Below are positions 55,791 through 64,000 of a stretch of 64,000 nucleotides of DNA, one piece after another. The stretch is from assembly GCA_951406725.2 (NCBI GenBank), contig OX597816.1, positions 83,018,001 to 83,082,000 of the forward strand, in the 5' to 3' direction. The DNA is from Octopus vulgaris. Its lineage: Eukaryota. How positions within the stretch are numbered: the first letter of the stretch is position 1; each line of letters begins with the position of its first letter. The position numbers and the translations under genes are program-made. Under the pieces are notes generated by a model. The model was not told the DNA's origin and searched no databases. It saw only the letters and a list, made by a program, of their open reading frames with translations.

Positions 55791-56027
55791 TTGAGTTGGT
55801 GCATAATTATTGCGGTTTTTTCAACAAAATTTTATTCAACAAAAACAATAATAACATGTAGCAAAAGACATATTTAAATGATTATTCCGGAGCATATTCA
55901 CCATCTACTTCAGTCACTGCTTTCCATTTGCTTGACAGACAGTCAGGCCGTCATTTAAAGATGTCTTTGTTAAATATTGTTATTGTCTTTGTTGAAAAAA
56001 AGCCGCAATAATTATGCACCAACCCAA
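55791..56027. mobile_element. Mariner MITE with Hsmar1/MADE1-like TIRs
   Basis: TIR TTGAGTTGGTGCATAATTATTGCGG / CCGCAATAATTATGCACCAACCCAA; TA TSD; internal minus-strand LSSKWKAVTEVDGEYAPE* transposase end. Confidence 0.92.
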
Positions 56028-56073
56028 TAATTATTCTTTGATAAAAATTAAAGTTCTAGGGTCGACTGCCATG

Positions 56074-56400
56074 TTATGCTGGCAAACAATCGAGGACCTT
56101 TCTTACAATCTTTGTCATTCCTAACAGAGAAGATTTTTGAATTGGTGCAACTCTCGTAGTTATACCAATTTCAATAAGGGAACTGTTAAATCTGTTGGTG
56201 ACGGTACCTAGAGCACGTAGAATAACTATTACACTTTCTGGTTGAGGTTGATGTTCGTACCATTTCCTTTCTACTTCAAATATTCTTTGCTGTAATTTGC
56301 CAGAATGTAGTGCAATAGCCACACAGTAGTGTCTGTGTTTATATTCCTTCTGTGCCAAAAGACTACAGGAATTTGTTACTTGCAGAAATAGATTCCTCTT
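56074..56400 (-). mobile_element. Internally deleted R4/Dong-like RLE ORF 3' remnant
   Basis: CSLLAQKEYKHRH, KWYEHQP, ALGTV, IQKSSLLGMTKIVRKVL. Confidence 0.8.
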
Positions 56401-56940
56401 TCTCAATACATACTCTGTAATTTGCAAATTATTGAATTTTTGTTAGAAACGGTCTTGTTAATTCAACCAAAACCTCAAGGGACTGGTTGGTTTCTTTCTT
56501 TCTCGTCCCGTTGGGGCCGAGATTTATTTGAAAAATCTTTAAATTTTGTTTTGAAGAAATGCTTTGCTTACAAACATGTTAGCTTCCATAGCCAATAAAA
56601 TAAAGGAAAGTGCAATACGTGTCAAGATATCACCACTTAACCAGCTCATGAAAAGCAAGGAGGTCTTCCATCGTTGAAAGTTTTAAAAAGCAATTGCACC
56701 ATAGCTATTGTGGCGAACGACAGTAGTAACAATAACAAGAGCCACAACAGCTACTGTTGCTGCTGCCGTTAATTTGGCTGCTGCCGCTAGTACTACATTA
56801 GCAAAAGCATCAATATTATCAGTATCAGTAACAGTAGCAAAGACAATAGAGGTAGTAGCAACCATAGTAACAGTAACAACAGCTTACAGAACACAGTGGC
56901 AATAGCAACTCGAACGATAGTAACAAACAACGACAGCAGA

Positions 56941-57135
56941 AGTGGAGGCGCAATGGCCCAGTGGCTAGGGCAGCGGACTCGTAGTCATAATAACGTGGTT
57001 TCGATTCCCAGACCGAGCATTGTGTGTGTTCATTGAGCAAAAACACCTAAGCTCCTCGAGGTTCCGGCAGGGTGGTGGTGGTGAACCCCGCTGTACTCTT
57101 TCACCACAACTTTCACTCTTTCTTCCTACTTCTGC
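56941..57135 (+). mobile_element. SINE family C2 copy (3'-truncated)
   Basis: Homologous to 51249-51440. Confidence 0.85.
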
Positions 57136-57563
57136 CACAAAGCAGAGGAACCATGGTGTAACCCACTATGGTGTGGTAAAACTTTCAGACCCTAGTCTAG
57201 ATTGCGAATCTTCTGTACCCCAGGATGGTCCAGCTCTCCGCCCGTTAAAAGCCACCATTTACGGAATGAGGATAACAACGTAGCTTTCGCGCCCGTGCAA
57301 CCGCCAGTCTATCGCGTGTAGTAGGTGGATCTTCAAGTTGCCACACGCATTCTTAGTAGCTTAGAGTAGGCTCGAATTAGAGATTATTCTTTGTGGCTAA
57401 TGGCGTGAGTCCTGATTGGAAGAAGTAGACGGCAGCAGAACAAAAACAATACCATCACCACCAACAACAAACAGCATCTGTATTGGCACCCTTGGCAAGT
57501 TTCTTTTGCGGGAGGGGTTTTCACAAGAGAGTCACACCACCTCTCTCTTGAAGACAAGCGGAA

Positions 57564-57608
57564 GAGTGAGTTAAGGGGAATACGGCGAGTATTCCCCTTA
57601 ACTCACTC
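57564..57608. repeat. Perfect 20-bp hairpin with a 5-nt loop
   Basis: GAGTGAGTTAAGGGGAATAC-ggcga-GTATTCCCCTTAACTCACTC. Confidence 0.95.
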
Positions 57609-57647
57609 ACGGTATTTTATTGCTGCATATCGTTAGAAAACATTTAA

Positions 57648-57865
57648 CTCTAGCATTTAGATGGGCCATATCCGGCCCACATACTCTACCTCTTTTGTGT
57701 TCAAACTGGCCAGATCCAGTCTCTCATCTGCTCTATAATGTCATTCTAAAGGTATACAACCGCATCACTGAAATTTTCAAGCTATGAGATAATGCATAAT
57801 TAATTGAACACAGCGAGAACAAATAAGAATTACATTTGGCCAAGTAATCTTCATGCTGTGAAGGG
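57648..57865. mobile_element. piggyBac-like MITE
   Basis: TTAA on both sides; degenerate CTCTAGCAT...ATGCTGTGAAGGG termini. Confidence 0.6.
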
Positions 57866-59050
57866 TTAATATACGATTAAAAGAAAGCGTAGCTGTATGA
57901 TTAAGTCGTTTACTTCCCAATCACATGATAACGGGTTCGAGGCTCCTGCGAGGCATCTTCGGATAGTATTTACTACCAAAGTTTCACGTATACCTAAACC
58001 TTGCAAATGATGTTGCTTATGCGGAAATTATACGGAAGTCTGCTTGGTTGGTTTGTCTCTGTTCTTAAATAGTACGGAGACAATTAAATCCGTTACCTAG
58101 TTTAATACAACAACGTGCACTTCGATATATTGAAGCTTTTCTTTCCGCTGCAGCAACTATGGAGCAGTCAAGGAAGGCCTTCAGCCAAAATACAAATTGG
58201 CGCCGTCGTTCCCGTTCTTCCTTTAACTAAACCAAATCACTCCAACTAAGGAAAAAAAAAAAAAAAAGAAAAAAGCCCAAAAATCCAAACCTGGGAGATG
58301 GAGGTCATAGAAATCCCGTTAACTGGTAGCTTAATATTTCCTTCGCTACAACGATCACCCCCAAGTATTTCAGTAACACCCTAAATTGTGTAATATTATC
58401 TCAAGAGTATATTATAAACGGATCAGTGATCCGACATCTAAGGTTAAAGTGAGGTTTACATTGGATCAGTTTAGCTTCTCTTTTTTTATTACTGCATTTG
58501 TTTTCTAATACGCTTTAGTGTGTGTATGCGTGTGTGTGTGTGTTAGCAGGACAGCAAGATAATGTTAGGGATTGGAGCAGAGGAAAACAAAAGAACACAG
58601 AATGAAAGGGAGAGAGAGAGAGAGAGAGAGAGAGAACGGAAGCAAGATTGAGAGAGAGAAAGGAAGCAAGTGAGAGAGAGAGAGAGAGAGAGGAATCAAG
58701 ATTGAGGGAGAGAGAGAGAAAGGAAGCAAGATTTAGGGGAGAACAAGAGAGATGGAGCAAGGTGTGTATGTGTGTGTGTGTAAGAGAGACAGAGAGACAG
58801 AGAGAGAAACAGAGAGCAAGCAACATGTTTTAAACAAACTCATGATACATGAAACTAGTGTTTCTTTTTTTCGTCTACGGTTACGCGCATGCATATACAT
58901 TCATACTCCATACAGGCACACAAACCTCTGCACACACACTCTCTCTCTCTCACACACTCTCTCTCTCACACACACTCTCTCTCTCACACACACTCTCTCT
59001 CTCACACACACTCTCTCTCTCACACACATCATATACGTACATGCACACGT

Positions 59051-59107
<57 letters not shown>

Positions 59108-59367
59108 ATCTATCTATACATACATACATACATACAAACATATTCATACGTAAATGTATACATACATATATACATATATACGCACAGATATATACACATG
59201 TATATATATTCGTCCAAAGCTGATGATTCACTCTGTCGTTACTCGGAATATCTCACTTTTGAGTGTTTCCTCATGTAATGAACACTCTAGCTCCTGTGTA
59301 TGTACCCATACATACATACATACATACATACATACATACATACATACATACATACATGCATACATAT

Positions 59368-59480
<113 letters not shown>

Positions 59481-59608
59481 TACACATATAGATCTGAAAA
59501 TGAGAGTTGAGAGTGTGCGTATAAGTGGTGATGCTTGTGAAAACGATATGAGAGGAATCAGAGAGAAATATATAGGGGATGCAGGGAGAGAGAGGGGAAA
59601 AGGCGACT

Positions 59609-59663
<55 letters not shown>

Positions 59664-61813
59664 TGTTCGTGTGTGCGAGCGTGCGTGTGCGTGTGTGCTA
59701 AAGTATGGCTGAAAATGAGTGTTTAGCAGTCAAAGTGAAGGAATGTTTTCTTCCTGATTAAGTATTTCAACAGCATAAAAAAAAAGAATGTAAACAAAAC
59801 AAACCCCCCACCCCGCATAAAATGACAATGTTTTAATTAAACATTCTCACTTGTAGAATTAATCTCGTGGGAACAGAATAGATGATGAAAATAAAATAAA
59901 AGACAGATATAAATAAAAAGGTAAAACATTTTTGCTCAGATAAGATAATCATATACTGTGATGTTAAGGTAGTGGTAGTGGTAGTGGTGGTGGTGGTGGT
60001 GGTGGTGATGGTGGTGGTGGTTTCGGTGATGATGCTGGGTGGAACTAGATTTTTGAGGTAAAAGTGTAATAGATTTCTAGAAGCATATCTCTTTCCGGGG
60101 CGTTTTCTTGTATATACATATATCTGTCTCAACATAAAGGTTTCACTGGAATGGCTTCATATTGCGTTCTCTAAGCCCTTAAAAAAAAACTCTGATCCTC
60201 CTTTATTTTTTATGCGTGAAATTGCCTATTTTGTGTTTCTTAATCAGACGTTATTCCACGTAAGTTATTCCATTTAGATAGTAGCAATTTTCTCTGTCAT
60301 GTTCTGACCTGCTCTGGAAGGCAATGATGTCATTGTAAACTTCTAAAGATATCTTAGCACTCTGATTTTCAGTTCATTCTTCTTCCATTGTTATTTTCAT
60401 GAAATTTATTCTTCCACCTTAATTTAACCGTGTCACTAGACTCCCGCATGCTCGATTTTATTGTCTCTTCTCTTCCCACCCTCTTCAGACCTCATGCCTA
60501 TGAGAACTTCTAATCGTTCCTCACCAGAACGTCGATCGTCTGGAATTTCCATCTCTACCTATCACATGTTTGCTTATGATGTTGTCAACGTACAACTGTT
60601 CAAGAGAATTATCAACCGCGTCGACCATAACAGTCTTGAAGGACCTGTGAAGACGATAGGCACAGTCTATTTCACGCACGCAGTAAAATATAACGAGTAG
60701 ATCTACACGTTTGATATTATACCGATATAAGCTTTTGATTTATCGTTAGTCGTAACTAAACATTAGTACAAGGTATACATAGCCATCATGCAATTAGAGT
60801 TTAGGGAGAGTCAGTTGCTGGGGTGAAGGTAGTTGCACAGGTAGTTTTTCTTAGTTAATAATGATTTGTTGTTTACTGAGTTTAGATGTGTTATAGTATG
60901 CTAAATAAAGGTCACAATTTAGGGTTGTTGGATAAGAAAGTCCGAAAAATCTGATTGTATGTATAGTTTAAGAATACTTTTTAAAAAAACTAATAAAAGG
61001 CATTACCAGGTTATATTTCTTTTCAACTATCGTATTTGAGCAGGTTATAGATTTGTTATTTAATATTTTTTATCGCTAAAGACCCTTCTGACCAAGTAAC
61101 ATTGGGATGAGTTTGTAAAAATCGGTCATTAGCCGAAAATGGGAAAGCCTAAATAAGCTGTTCGGGAGAAGATTCTTAATAACATATTTAGGGTAGTTAG
61201 AATGTCTATTGATGTAATTTACTGTTTAGAATGATACGAGTAACAAAAATAATGGTAAAAATTCTTTGCGCTTACTTATTTACTAGGAGTCAAAAGATTT
61301 TAATTCAGGAAAGTCACATGCTTTTTTATATACCAAACCTTCTGACACATTTCTAACCAGAAACACATTACAAGGACTTGTCTTGTCAACGTTAGCGACA
61401 AATTTGATGTATAATTATCCACACATATACACATATACTCGGATATATATGTATATTTACGTAGATATATATTTGTTTGTATATACATATAAATGTGTGT
61501 GTATTTGTGTGTGTATATATGTATATGCATATAAATATGAATGTATATATATATATATATATAGTGAGAGAGAGAGAGAGAGAGAGAGGGAGATATTTGT
61601 GTATGGGTGTTGTGTGTGTGTGTGTCCGTGTATGTGTGTGTGTGTGTGTGTGTGGTGTGTGTGGTGTGTGTGTGTGTGTGTGTCTGTGTGCGCGCATGTG
61701 CTACACAAGTAGTATACCACCCACTGAAATTTCAAGATTTAAAAATCTAACCGCACAAAGTACAACCAAGAACTAATTTTAATTTATTATACATACACAC
61801 ACACACATATATA

Positions 61814-61910
<97 letters not shown>

Positions 61911-62227
61911 GTGTGTGTAGTAAATAAATGTGTGTATGTGTAGGTGTATTTAATGATTGCCACGTTTTGTACCGCTTTTCAACAATGGTTTTCTCGCAAC
62001 TATTCCAAGATCTCTTTAAAGTTATCAATTTAAGTATCATTCTACTTCACCCCCAACCTTTTCTTCCCCTTCTTCTTATTTAAATTTACAAAGCGTATTT
62101 TGTCATCTTTCCACTCGACAAGTCAACTCTGCTTATCATCACCACTGAAAATATACCCCAACAAACACAACCGTCACCATCACCACCTCCACCACCACAA
62201 TCAGCAGTGATAACAACCATGAACAGC

Positions 62228-62303
<76 letters not shown>

Positions 62304-62510
62304 GAGCAAATGGTAGTAATGATAATAATAAAAATAACAACGGAGATAGAAAAATTAGGAAACAGCAGTTATTACTCAAATTACCCAGTTACATTAATGT
62401 GTTCTATATTCCACCAAAATGGGAAATGCCAGCTGAAGAATAAACATACAAACACAATGAATTTTGGGAAGAGTGAGTGGTGGTGAAGAAAGAAGAGAAG
62501 AATAATGTGA

Positions 62511-62600
<90 letters not shown>

Positions 62601-62789
62601 CTGTGTGAGTGTGTGTAGTTGGTGTCAAAAGAATTTGAGAAGCTTCCGAGGAATTATTTATAGCTTTATGTGCTTCAAGATCCACCGTTCCAAACAAAAA
62701 AAAAAAAGAAAGCTTTTTTGAAAGCTTTTAAAGCTTTTAAGGCATCAGCACTGAGTAAGTTTCTAAAATGGATATAGAAATTCGAAGGA

Positions 62790-62860
62790 TTGCTTTTAGT
62801 CTAGTAGTAGAACTGCTGTCAAGTCTACAGGAGATGTGGGTTCGTGTCCCACGGGCAGCT
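62790..62860 (+). mobile_element. Degenerate tRNA-like SINE head
   Basis: A-box-like TAGTCTAGTAG, B-box GGTTCGTGTCC; no intact cloverleaf. Confidence 0.45.
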
Positions 62861-63458
62861 TTCGATGTTTTGTATCCAGAAAGGTTTTCTACAATTAATT
62901 GTGCGCTTCAAGACCCACAGTAAAAAAAAATAGAAACCCCAAAACAAAGAATTATACACCTATCTATATAAATAACCTTTCTTAACAGGGTTAACTTAAA
63001 TGTTTCTTTGTAGATTAAATAAAATGACAAACATTCGATTTTCGAGTATTGTTGAATTCTTATCAGAAGTTTCTACATCAATTTGCCCAATCCCAGAGAA
63101 ATAAGCAGCATATCTGTTTACATACTCAACAATTACAGTGGCTTTACAAAACTGGGACTGCTAATTTGCATACTGTAAGTGTTAACACATTATTTTTCAA
63201 ATATTAGCAGCCTGTCAACTGGGATCTCAATCCCCACAGTATCAAGGTATGTAACCCATATAGTATCTATGTAACAGGGATAATTTAGCTGCTTCTCTAT
63301 AGACTGGAAAAATGATGAACAACCTTAATCGATTTTCTTTCTATATATGTGCGAACTGTTATGTTGTTAGACTGAAACAGAGAGTATATTTATGGAAAGC
63401 CCCTGCATGTGCCTTGATTCATAATATAGTCTGGTATTATACCCTCCAGTTCTGACTT

Positions 63459-63517
63459 TTGGTAACAACTATTGATAGTTGATAACAACTATTGATAGTT
63501 GGTAACAACTATTGATA
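63459..63517. repeat. 20-bp minisatellite, three copies
   Basis: ttggtaacaactattgatag units, each with the internal palindrome AACTAT-tg-ATAGTT (overlapping the next unit). Confidence 0.9.
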
Positions 63518-63581
63518 AAATTCTTGGATCCACTAAACAAAGATGGAAAAGATTAGACGGAAAGAAATACACACACACATG

Positions 63582-63615
<34 letters not shown>

Positions 63616-64000
63616 TACCTTCTGACTCACTCACAAGTATAAATCTATAAACATGCATATACATACAAAGTGGAACTTAAAATTTGGGTCGCAAGAAATT
63701 AATCTAAAAAAATATAAAACCAAAATGTAAATCACTCTCCATTACGCACAAATGAAATAACGAAAGAAATTTCGTATAAGAAAAGCGTGAAACATGATCC
63801 TGGTTGTGCTACTGATGGTATCATGATGGGGGTGTTGGCGCTGGTGCTGGTGTAGTGGTGGTATAAACAGTGGTGATAATGGTAAGATGGTCGACACATC
63901 TAAATACTTTAGATTTATCGGGCCATTATCATCTGTAAACACTGCTTGATAAATTTGTTGAAAACTTCATCCAATTAAGAGATGAAGTTAGGAAATAGTA

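Noticed and set aside
59213-59262. CTGATGA...GGAA possible hammerhead
   Set aside because: Stem II does not pair and GAAA is not intact.
63459-63517. CRISPR-like palindromic repeats
   Set aside because: Direct tandem units without spacers in eukaryotic DNA.

Overview
AT-rich, microsatellite-saturated animal genomic DNA. The SINE families and (TA)n/(ATAC)n/(AAT)n density suggest an octopus (coleoid cephalopod); this is inference. No host protein-coding gene can be confidently called, and nearly all ORFs in the track are translated simple repeats. The window is a mosaic of mobile DNA: R4/Dong-type RLE retrotransposon 3' ends in (AAT)n tracts (best copy 22173-23687), Tx1/L1-clade 3' ends, two decayed mariner transposases, mariner, hAT and piggyBac-like MITEs, a solo LTR, several tRNA-derived SINE families and three large foldbacks. 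Highlights: (1) several minimal Penelope-type hammerhead ribozyme motifs, including a palindrome carrying one on each strand (45977-46244); (2) a Tx1-clade LINE inserted into the B-box of a SINE family that shares its 3' tail and forms head-nested tandem arrays; (3) an uncharacterised 550-bp (AAT)n-associated element found twice directly upstream of Dong fragments; (4) a 1.4-kb GCC/GCT tract containing an exact 45-bp copy of the neighbouring mariner 3' end; (5) a foldback element with a telomere-like core. All calls were made by eye, and SINE and decayed-element boundaries are approximate.
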